Below are positions 1 through 11,300 of a stretch of 32,250 nt of DNA, in pieces. The notes beneath the pieces were generated by a model. The model ran no database searches. It was not told the origin of the DNA and worked only from the letters and a program-made list of their open reading frames with translations. A program made the position numbers and the translations under genes. Position 1 is the first letter of the stretch, and every line of letters begins with the position of its first letter. This stretch comes from Ginglymostoma cirratum (Eukaryota): positions 342,201-374,450 of the forward strand of contig JAHRHZ010000005.1 in assembly GCA_024137785.1 (NCBI GenBank), given 5' to 3'.

Positions 1-799
1 ATGTTCATTTATGTAGCTATTTTCAGCCTGTTGGAGAACAGCTACAGTTAGAGAGTTGAGAGGGCCGACTGTTGGGAGGATGGTGGTAATGGTTCTGAGA
101 AGGGCAACTTGCTGGGGAGATTTGGGCTTTGGAATGGTTGTCTCATAGCGTCCTACAGCACAGAAACAGGCCCAGATCTCTCTAAACCTTTCCTATCCAT
201 GTTCCGTGGAAATTTTGGGAGAAACAGCTATTTTGGATCCGAGAGTCCTCACTTCCAATTCACGTTCTGAGAATCTGGGTGATCCAATGGCGAGAGAAAG
301 TTTTAAAATTGTGCATTGATATAAGGCAGCCATTCTCGTTTGTAATTATCACATTCCCAACACACCGCTCTCTGAAAGGCTCAGCACCCAAGCCGAATGC
401 TATTGTTTTGGATTTCCCTCCCCTCCCCCTGCATCACACAGTACAAATCAGGAAATCAGCATCAAAACTATAAATCATTGATTAGTTGATATCTGGACGT
501 TCCTGTCAAATTCTGGGCAGCACACTTTATCAAAGATGTCAAGGTGTTGGGGAGGAGATTTATTTTACCAGAACAGCCACAGAGGTGAGGGAACAAAACA
601 GAAATAGGTGGAGAAACTCAGCAGGTCTGGCAGCCTCTGAGCAGAGAGAAACAGAGTTAATATTTCAGGTGCAGTGACTGCTTTACAGAACAAAGGTGAG
701 GGACTTCAGTTCAGAGAGGAGACTGGAGAATGAGGGAATTTCCTCCTACACTAGGGAGGAAAAACAGGGAAAGAGGAGTCAGGAATAAGTTTTGAGAGA

Positions 800-1015
800 G
801 TTTTTTGATTTATTCATGGGATGTGAGTGTTCCTTGTTAGATCAGCATTTTTGCCCATCCCTCGTTGCCCCTTGAGAAGGTGGGGATGAGCTGCCCTCTT
901 GAACCGCTGCAATCCGCGTGCTGTAGGTTGACCCAACATTCCCTGAGGAAGGGTATTCCGGGATTTGGACCCAGCAACAGTGAAGGAACAACGACATATT
1001 TCCAAGTCAGGATGG
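800..1015 (-). mobile_element. 3' tail fragment of the same LINE/SINE family as 13090-13810
   Basis: Reverse-complement similarity to 13590-13810. Confidence 0.6.
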
Positions 1016-1900
1016 TGGTGGAGTGAGGGTGAGAGGGGGAGTGAGAATGAGGGAGAGAGTGATGGTGAGAGGGGGAGTGAGTATGAGAAGGGGAGTCACA
1101 GTTATAGAAGAGAGTGTGTGAGGTTGCGGAGTGTATGACTATGAGTGTGAGAGGGGATGTGAAGGTGAGGGAGAGTGAGGATGAGGGGATGGACTGAGTG
1201 TGAGGGGGAATGAGTGTTTGAGGGTGACGAGTGTGTAAGAGATTAGTGAAGGCAAGGTTGATGTGAGGGCATAGTGATGGTGGGGTCGAAGAGTGAGTGT
1301 GAGGGGTGTTTAGTGACGGTGGGGTTGAGGAGTATGTGAGGGGGTAGTCATGATGAGGTTAAGGAGTGTGAGGGGTTTAGTGAGTGTGAGGTTATGGAGT
1401 GTATGAGGGTGGTAGGGATAACGAAGTTGAGGAGTGAGTTTGGGGGGAATAGTGAGGGTGAGGTTGAGGAATGTGTGAGGGGAGCAGTGAAGGTGAGGTT
1501 GAGGAATGTTTGAGGGGAGTAGGTGAGGGTGAGGTTGAGGAATGAGTTTGGGGGAATTAGTGAGGGTGAGTGTGAGGAATGAGTTTGGGGGGGTTAGTGA
1601 GGATGAGGTTGAGGAGTGTGTAAGGGGAGTAGTGAGGGTGAGGTTGAGGAGTGAGTTTGGGGGAATTAGTGAGGGTGAGGTTGAGGATTGAGTTTAGGGG
1701 GTTTAGTGAGGGTGAGGTTGAGGACGGTGTGAAGGGGTTAATGAAGGTGAGGTTCAGGAGAGAGTTTGGGGGTATTAGTGAGGATGAGGTTGAGGAGTGA
1801 GTGTGAGGGGTTTAGTGAGGGTGAGGTTGAGNNNNNNNNNNGGAGTGTGTGTGAGGGGTTTAGTGAGGGTGAGGTTGAGGAGTGTGTGAGGGGTTTAGTG
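1015..1900. repeat. G/A-rich minisatellite (~35-40 bp unit, gagtgtgtgaggggtttagtgagggtgaggttgag) with an assembly gap at 1832-1841
   Basis: Directly visible tandem units that degenerate towards the left. Confidence 0.9.
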
Positions 1901-2024
1901 ATGCTGCAGCCCTCTTCATTACCACTGGCACAGGGCACAGCTGACCTGCCTTCCCATCGAGGTGTGAAATACTGAGCCAAGGGGCAGCTCGACACAGTTT
2001 ACACGTCCCATCACATTGAGGCGT

Positions 2025-2347
2025 TTACCTTATCTGAAACCGTTCCCTTAAAGGGTTGGTGAGAGACTCGTGTCTGACCTCACACATATACGTCTGAGTG
2101 GGGTCCACATCCACAAAGGCAATGGTCATCTGACTGACTGTACTGTAGGTCCCACTCACGTCCCTCACCACTGGGAAGTTGGTCACACTGCCCGGAACTT
2201 GCAAATCCCTCTCCGTTCTCCAGTTCACATAGATCCCGGCGGGATAGAACCCCGAAACAAAACACGCCAACGTCACAGCTTGTGGCCGACGGGAGTCACG
2301 TGACTGAACCTTGATGGGGGTTATCGTCGGTTGGAGGAAAATAAATT
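2025..2347 (-). CDS. C1-set constant domain exon 3 (ends in TAA overlapping a possible splice donor)
   Basis: Acceptor ctgcctgtaacag|. Translation EFIFLQPTITPIKVQ...VTLACFVSGFYP..VNW..GTYSTVSQM..YMCEVRHESLTNPLRERFQIR*. Confidence 0.92.
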
Positions 2348-5300
2348 CTGTTACAGGCAGAGATAAAACATTTCAATCAACAGACATTTTCCCTTAAGGT
2401 CAACGCCACTGTTAACTCTACCTGAGCATTTTTATTGACTCACTGGGCCTCGTTGTCTTCACAAAAACAAAATCAGCCAGAGACACGTTTACCTCATTCA
2501 GTCGACAAAGCAGGATCACTTTGGCTGCCTGACATAGACCTGACCTGTTACTGAATTCGACTCACAGTTACAGGAGGTCGGTGGACAAATATCAAGCAGA
2601 ACATGTAACAGGCAGTCAATGCCTGAACATGAGAGCAGATGTGCAACAGGCAGTCAATGCCTGAAAATGAGACGAGGTGTGTAATAAGCGATCAGTGCCT
2701 GAATGTGAGGTGGGATTTGTAGCAGGCAGTCAGTGCCTGAATGAGAGGGGATATGCATCAGGCGGTCAGTGCTGAATATGAGAGGGAATGTATAACATGT
2801 GGTTAATGCCTGAATATGAGATGAGATGTATAACAGGCAGTCAGTGCCTGAAAATGAGAGCAGATGTGCAACAGGCAGTCACTGCCTGAATATGAGAGGT
2901 GGTCAGTGCTGAATATGCAAGGGAGTGTATAACAGGCAGTTAATGCCTGAATATGAGTGGTGTATATAACTGGTGGTCAATGCACAAATCTAGGTATTTT
3001 TTTATCAAATGTCTGAGATGCAATTCAATCTGATTGTTAGAACAAAAGCAGTTGTACCAGCAGCGATTTTGCACCATTTATAACAACTGATCGTTTATGT
3101 ATTTGGGAACTTAGACTTGCTCAGCTCACAATTTCTCTGATAACTGTACATTTACAACTTGTTCTCCAGCCAACAAACCCATACATTTACCGCCTGTTCT
3201 CCATTATCCTGATACTTGTATGTTTACTCCAAGTTCTATCCTGATACCTGTAAACCTATTACCTGTTATTCACCAACACCCCTGATACTTGGCCATTTAC
3301 TGGCTGTTCTCTATTACCCCGATACCTGTACATATAATGCCTGTTCTCTTTTATCCTGATAACTGTACATTTATCACCTGCTCTCCATTACACTGATACT
3401 TCTATATTTCCTGCCTGTTCTCTATTATCCTGACACCTGTATATTTCCTGCCTGTTCTCTATTATCCTGACACCTGTACATTTACTGCCTGTCCTCTATT
3501 ATCCTGATACCTGTACATTTACTGCCTGTCCTCTATTATCCTGATACCTGTATATTTACTGCCTGTCCTCCATTATCCTGATACCTGTATATTTACTGCC
3601 TGTCCTCCATTATCCTGACACCTGTAAATTTACTGCCTGTCCTCCATTATCCTGATACCTGTATATTTACTGCCTGTCCTCCATTATCCTGACACCTGTA
3701 TATTTACTGCCTGTTCTCTATTATCCTGACACCTGTATATNNNNNNNNNNACCTGTATATTTACTGCCTGTTCTCTATTATCCTGACACCTGTATATTTA
3801 CTGCCTGTCCTCCATTATCCTGACACTTGTACATTTACTGCCTGTTCTCTATTTTCCTGACACCTGTATATTTACTGCCTGTCCTCTATTATCCTGACAC
3901 CTGTACATTTACTGCCTGTCCTCCATTATCCTGATACCTGTATATTTACCGCCTGTTGTCTATTTCTCCGATATCTACATCTATTCTCCTCTCCCAGTAT
4001 TTCCGTGCACTGATCACTTGTTATCCATCCATCCCCCACCTAATCTGATATCCCTGCCAATGTATTCCGTGATCAAGTCAGAGATGTATCGATCGAATGG
4101 CCTAATTGTGGAAGAACACCTGGTTAGTTTGCAATGGAACAGCAAGGGGGTAAAAAGAGAAACCCTGAAATAGTACTGCCTTACCCCGGGTTTTATTGAT
4201 GGTTTGAATGATGCTGTCTGGGACTGACATGTGCTGAATCTCACAAGTGTATTCTGTACCCCGGTTCCACATTTGATCAGATGTGGTCAGTTCACTCTGG
4301 GAGGAGTAGGTGCCGTTGATATTGAGAATTGGTGGGTAGATCTTGATGCTGTCGACCACCGGATTGCCATTGATGAACCAATGGAAAGAGATCTCCGCTG
4401 GGTAGAAGCCAGTTGCTAGGCAGACCAGGGTTGCTTTTTCCATTGTGACGAGCTCTTCTAAAGTCGGTGACAGGAGATACAGCTTTGGCTCCATGGGGTA
4501 CCGCTCTGTGTAACAATCACAACTGAGTCTGTCTCAGAGTAAAGTGGCAAATCACCAAGGTATCCTGGCAAGAAAGGCCATACTAGGAGATTCACACTGA
4601 GATCCAGTGGCCATGAGGCTACCACTACCATTGAAATGATGGACATGCAGCAATGGGCCATCTCATGTCACTTGATCCTCTGATATTGTACTGTCTGTGT
4701 GGTGCAGCAGTAGTGTCTCTACCTCTGAGATAGGAGACCCAAGTGACTGACTATCCATCTGACTATTTTCCCATGATGGTGTCAAGTTGTTCCTGGAATG
4801 ATTCCAGTACTTGAGACCCATTCACCTTCCTCACAAGGCAACGAGATTGCCCTCTTTGCAAGGAAAGTATTTTTTGAATGCATTCATGAAGACGCATGAG
4901 GGGGAATCTCATAGAGATTTATAAAATTGTAACAGGGTAGATGCAGGGAGGATGTTCTTGATGGTGGGTGTGTTCAGAACCAGGGGTCACAGTCTGAGGA
5001 TTCGCGGTAGACCATTTAGGACAGAGATGAGGAGGCATTACTTCACCCAGAGAGTGGTGAGCCTATGGAATTCATTACCACAGGAATTAGTTGATGCCAA
5101 AACATTGAACGTATTCAAGAGGTGACTAGATATAGCATTTGGGGCGAATGGGATCAAAGGTTATGGGGAGAAAGCAGGATTAGGCTATTGAGTTGGACGA
5201 TCAGCCATGGTTGTGAAGAATGGCGAAGCAGGCTCAAAGGGCCGAATGGCCTCCTCCTGTTCCGATCTTCTATGTTTCTATGTAGCCATTGCCCTGAAGA

Positions 5301-8300
5301 AGGTGGAGAGACTGATGAGCTGCCTTCTTGAACTGTTGCAGTCCTTGGGATATAGGAACACTCACAATGATGTTTGGAAGGGAGTTTCAAGATTTTAATG
5401 CAGTGACACTGAAGCAATGGCGACATATTTTCAAGTCTGATTCCAGCACTGCTGTATTAAGAGAGACCATTTATTCAATGGAGTTTAGAAGGGTGAGGAG
5501 TTATCTCATTGAAAGTTATGAAATTCCACCAGGACTAGACAGGGTAAACACAGAAGAATGTCCCTGATGTCCAGGAGTCCAGAGCCAGGGGTCACAATTT
5601 AAAAATATTTCATATTTTTTTCATGGAATCCCTACAGTGTGGAAACAGCCCCTTCGGCCCAACAAATCCACACTGACCCGCACACCATCCCACCCAGATC
5701 CATCCCCGTATAATCCACCTAATCTACACATCCCTGAACACTACGGGCAATTTAGACTGGCCAATCCACCGAGCCTGCACATCTTTGGACTGTGGGAGGA
5801 AACCGGAGCACCCGGAGGAAATCCACGCAGACACAGGGAGAATGTGCAAACTCCACACAGACAGTTGCCCGAGGGTGGAATTGAACCCAGGCCCCTGGTG
5901 CTGTGAGGTAGCAGTGCAAACAACTGAGCCACCATGCTGCTCATATGGGGTACATATGGGTATACCATTTTGGATTGAGATAAGGAGAAATCTCTTCACC
6001 CAGACAGTGGAGAGCCTGTGGAATTCTCTGTCACAGGAATCGGTTGTGGCAAAAAAAAACTGAATGTTCTCAAGAAAGTTTGTGGCTAAAGGGATCAAAG
6101 GGAATGGGAAGATAGCAGGAACAGGGTATTGAGTTGGATGATCAGGCATGATCATATTGAATGGCACGGTGGGCTTAAAGGGCTGAAACGGCCTGCTCCT
6201 GCTCCAACATTTTGTAGTTCTATGTGAGTGACTCAGAGGGGAACTTGCAGGGTGTGGTGTTCCCATGGGTCTGCTGCCTCATGATGGAAGTGGTCGTGGA
6301 TTTGTAAGGTGCTCTCTGAAGACCCTTGGTGAGTTGCTTGAGTGCATCTTGTAGATGGTACACACTGCTGCTACTAAGTGTTTGTGGATGGGAACGTGGA
6401 TGGTCAATCGAGTGGCTGTTAATAGGCTGTGTCATCGTTTGCATTGTCCTGATATCCAGGTATGAGATGAGGAAAACTGGCAAGAAGCTCTGTGTTGTTG
6501 GAAATCATTTTGGGGAGAGGAGTAGGGGTGAAGTGTGGGCACTGGTGCCATTTGGAATGGGCTGTTTGAATTCAATGAAATTGGAATGAGCAGGTGAATC
6601 TGGTGAGAGAGAAGGGTTTAGGCCCGAAACGTCAAGTTTTCCTGCTCCTATGATGCTGCTTGACCTGCTGTGTTCATCCAGCCCCATGCTTGTTATCTCG
6701 GATTCTCCAGCATCTGCAGTACCTTTCATCTCTGAATCTGGTGAGAAATAGCTTTGCCAAAATCAGTAAAAACCACACAGTGTGTGACTTACCAGTGTTA
6801 CTTATGTGCTTGATGATGGGAGAAGGCAGTGCCCCATGTGATACTTGGCAGCTGATAATAGATCCTTTGATCCACTGGGATGTATTGATCACCAGCTTAC
6901 TGATCGCTGTGTAGGTGCCGTTGTCTCCCAAAAGTGAGGCAGAATGCGAGACCCCTCTGTGGACCTGCTCACCATCAACACGCCAGGAAAATGAGAGGTC
7001 GTCCGGGTAAAAGCTTTCTGCCGCACAGAGCAGCGAGATGTTCTTCCGGAGAAAGACATCCTCAGGGTGTGGGTTTTGGAAATAAACCAACGGAGGAGAC
7101 ACTGAGGGAGCTGAAATGGAAATGAATCTGTTACTAAGTGGCCAACAAGTTAATTACGGCCTGACACTGATATTGCCAAGATTCACTGCGCCAGGTTCAA
7201 GCTCCTCTGTCATGTTCAAAGGTGGCAAGATATTATCCTGGTGGGCCTCAGGAGCCAAGGTGCAGATTCGCGTGGCACGGTGGACCTCCTGGGATGGGAT
7301 TGCAGTCACCCGAGCTCAGCTAGAAGGATGTAACAGTGTGAGACACAGATTCAGAGTGGGCACTCTCTGTTCATTCCTGGAATGAGGGAGGTTAGACAAT
7401 GAGGAGAGGTTGGGGCAGACTGTGTCCGTAACATTGGGATTTAGAAGAACGAGAGGCAAACTTATTGAAGACTCGGGGGTGACTGGAAGAGGTGTCTACC
7501 CTGAGGAATAGGGTTGGGGGAAGACCAGAACCTGCGACTCAGTTTAGGAATAAAGGGGTCTCCCATTTCAAATGGAGCTGAGGAGAATTTCCTCTTTCAG
7601 CTGATGCTAATTCTGTGGAACACTCTTCCCCAGAGAAGAGTGGAGGCTGAGCACTTGAACAGTTTCAAGGCTGAGTGACTGTAAGAATGGCAGATTAGGG
7701 AGGCAATGATTATTGGAGGAAATGAAGCCAGGAATTTGAAGTTCTTTCAACAACCAGATCGGCCATGATTGTACTGGTGAGTCTGTAAGACCCGATTGGG
7801 CCGAATGGCCTGATTCTGCTCCCATGTCCTGTGTTTCTAATTGATACAGTGACTCAAAGGACCCAGACAATCAGAAGGCAGAGGTTAGCCTGTGATTCTG
7901 GTCCTGATGATTGCCCAGTGACCCATCTTGAAAATTATTTGATGGTGGGTTGGTGAAAAAGGCCAGATGAGATCGGAATATCAGGCCTGTTTAAATAGGA
8001 ACAGGAGTTGGCTTTTCGCCACTCCACTCCACTCCTGGGCCTTCTCACTGGTCAGAAACCCCTGTCAGATTGAGCAGATTGCCTCATGGGAAAAGGGTGG
8101 ACAGGTTCGGCCTGTATCCTCAGGAGTTTAGAAGATTCAGGTGTGACTTAGTCGAAACATATAAGATCCTGAGGGGACTTAACCAGGGGAATGTGGAAAG
8201 GATGTTTCCTCTTGTGAGAGGATCTAGAACTCAGGGTCAAAGTTTAAAAATAAGGGGCCGCCTGTTTAAAACAGAGAGAGGAAAGAGTTTTTCTCTCAGA

Positions 8301-11300
8301 GGGTTGTGAGTCGGTGGCGTTTCCTTCCACAAAAGGCAGTGGATGCAGAACCTTTAAATGTTTATAAAGCAGAGGTAGAGAGATACTTGATTGATACTGA
8401 CAGATTGAATGATTATCAGGGATAGGTGGGAAAGTACAGCTAAGGTCAAAATCTGATCAGCCACGGTCTTAGTGAATGGTGGAGCAGGATCAAAGTGCTT
8501 GTATATTTGTTGGGTAATTAGCTAATATACCATTGCAATAAGGTGGGAAGCACTGGGATTCATTTGGGAACAGCTCTGTGGCTGAGGTAGGGAGGTTGAG
8601 AGTTTAAAGTGCGCCTGCTGAGAGATGTTCACACAAGCCACTCCTGTGCCACACTCTGAAAGGTCGCTGGGTACAGACATTCAGGGCAGCAGGAGGAGGG
8701 GTTGTGTTTGTACAGGGTGTTGCAATTAAATGCAGAGCCAATTCAGTTTTTCCTGGCCCAGGGTCTGTTTCGTAGACAAACGGGAAGTGAAAATGTGTTC
8801 TGTCAGAGGCCTGTGGAGTAAGCAACGATCAACCTCTGAATGCAGCTTAGTATAAAAAGACGTTTAGCACGCTTGCCTTCATTTCTCAGTCCTTTGAGTA
8901 AAGCAGTTAGGAAGTCATGTTAAGGTTGTACAGGACATTGATGACGCCTGTTCTGGAAAACTGTCCGGTTCTGTTCGCCCAGTTATGGGAAAGATATCAT
9001 TAAGCTGCAGAGGGTTCAGAAGACGTTCACCAGGACGTTTCAGGGTATGGGTCGTTTGAGTTAGAAAGAAAGGCTGAACAGGCTGCAACTTTTTTCACTG
9101 GAGCATAGGAGGTTGAGAGGCGACCTTATAGAAGTTTATAAAATAATGAGAGGTATACATAGAATTAGTGGTCTTTTACATAGAATCCTTTCCCTAGGAT
9201 GGGGGATTTCAAGACAAGGGGGCAAATTTTTAAGGTGAGAGGAGAGAGATTTAAAAAATGACATGAAGAGCAAATTTTTTACACCGAAGGTGGTTTGTGT
9301 GTGGAATGAACTTCCTGAGGAAGTGGTGGATGTGGGTACAATTACGACATTTAAAAGATCTTTGGATAAGGATATGAATAGGAAAGATTTGGAGGGATAT
9401 GGGCCAGGAGCAGGCAGGTGGGACTAGTTTTGTTTGGGATTATGGTCAGCATGGACTGGTTGGACCGAAGGGTCTGTTTCTGTGCGGTATGACCTGATTG
9501 AATTTTAATGTTGGTCAGGACACCAAGACCATCCCATTCACAGGTAGAATGGGGCCCCAGGACAAGACTGCAGCAACAGGATAGCGAGATTCAACTCACA
9601 AACATTTGAAGGCTGGCACCCTTGACCAGGCAGCACCACTTTCCACTCCCACCTTGACACTGTCCCAGTGAATCACGTGATGAAGTTCTGTCAGACAGCA
9701 AGGCATAAGAAGAGACAGGGTCAAAAATGACCTACCTGCTTTAACAGTGAGCGTGACTCCACATCCGCTCCAGTCTGTGCTGAATGGGAAGTAAGTGTTG
9801 GAGCTGCCACAATAATATCTGGCTGAATCTTCTTGTCGGAGACCTTTTATTGTCAGTGAGAACTTCTTGCTGGTCCAGTCCTTTGAGCCAATGAAGCGAT
9901 CGCTGACCACGGACGGGTAAAGAGCAGCACTCGATCCCGGCATCCAGTAAAGAATCCACGAGATCATGAGATCTCCCGGCTTGGCGGATCCCCAGATGAG
10001 GTAATAATTATCCACAGTCCTGGAGGTGAAACAATTCAACGTCACTGTTTCATTTTCCCAGCGACTCAGAGATATGGGCGAGATATAGAGAGTGTCATCA
10101 GCTGTCAAAGGGCCTGCAAGGAAAAAGCCCACATTCATGAGTCAGCTCACCGTCAACCAGACTTAAAGTCATTGGCAAAGGTGCCAAAGAAATGCTGAAT
10201 TGTTTGTTTTAATGCGGCGAGTTATAGAATTAAGTAGGTGTTGCATTTATATAAAGTGTATTTCACAACCATCAGGCTCCTCCAAGTACTTGAAAGCAAT
10301 GGGCTTCTATCCACACGGGACTGAAACCCTACTCTGTAAAAAATTCTCCTGAACATATTTCAGGAACACATGGCTTTGTCTGCTCTTCATGCTGAAACTG
10401 TCCCAGTCTACATTTGGATAGTTTCATTTCGTCTGCTCTAAAATTCTGTCATTTCCTTGCAGATTTGTCCCTCCATACCTTTCCCGTTGCCAGTTCCCTG
10501 TAGAATACACCATACAATGTAATGATTCTGCTGTCATCCCCTAACTCTAACCAAACATATTCTGTCCTTGATGCTTCTGTCCAACACTGTCATGTTCAGA
10601 TTTGCCTCCCTTTTTGCTTTCATTCCTTCCCATCTTTCTTAGAACAGCTTGTATCCAGGAATGTTCAACACCCAGTTCTGCCCTTCCCAGATTCAGGTCT
10701 CCACTGTTGCCCCATCATCAGATTTCAATGGGACTAACTGTCCCAGTAACCTGGGAATCATATTTATCACACACTATTCATGCACAGTAAACTAAATTTG
10801 GTTTATTCCACTCCCGTTTACTGTGACCTCAATCCTGTTTATGATCATTTCCTCCTTTAATATTACCTGTCTTTGCCAAATCACTGTGTATCTTTCATCT
10901 CCAGTATTACTTCCTAGTTCGCCCAACACTGCCATGTTTGTTTAACCTCTACCCGATATGCAAGCTGCCTCACAAGGATCTCAATGCTATTTTTCTCAGA
11001 AGCAAACGGTCAGGCCTGAGCTCACCCCAACAGCCAATGAATCCAAAAACCTCCCTCCTGCACCAACCCTCCAGCTGTGCTCTGAGTTGCTCCAATCTCC
11101 TATTTCTGCATCCACTGGCACCTTGGGGATGCCCTATGGGTTACTCTGTTTGAAATCCGGTTTGCTGATATCTTCCTCAGCTCCCTAGGCTCTACCCTTA
11201 TCCTACTTTCAGGGGAAAATGGGAAAGGTATAGAGGGACAAATCTGAAAGAAAATGAGAATCAGAATGACAGAATAAGCAGCGGAAATGAGGGACTTGAA

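Noticed and set aside
1015-3965. Tandem arrays as class-switch regions
   Set aside because: They lack AGCT clusters, they lie within or after the C exons of a single gene, and the G-rich strand of the 1015-1900 array is the template strand, the wrong orientation for R-loops.
3140-3965. 37-bp repeats resembling a CRISPR array
   Set aside because: The units are contiguous with no unique spacers, and the context is eukaryotic.
5724-6266. 180-aa ORF and overlapping ORFs
   Set aside because: They span SINE and CR1 fragments and are chance open frames.
6765-6790. CACAGTG heptamer beside a GGTTTTTAC-like sequence just after the C1 exon
   Set aside because: No 12/23 spacer geometry, and it is not next to a V/D/J segment.
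7153-7322. Possible hinge exon before C1: good acceptor (catccttctag| at 7320) and Cys/Pro-containing readings (LSSGDCNPIPGGPPC; ARVTAIPSQEVHRATRICTLAP)
   Set aside because: In the required phase 1 it hits TGA after four codons. The other frames lack a compatible acceptor/donor pair or leave too short an intron. Worth revisiting only if cDNA shows it.
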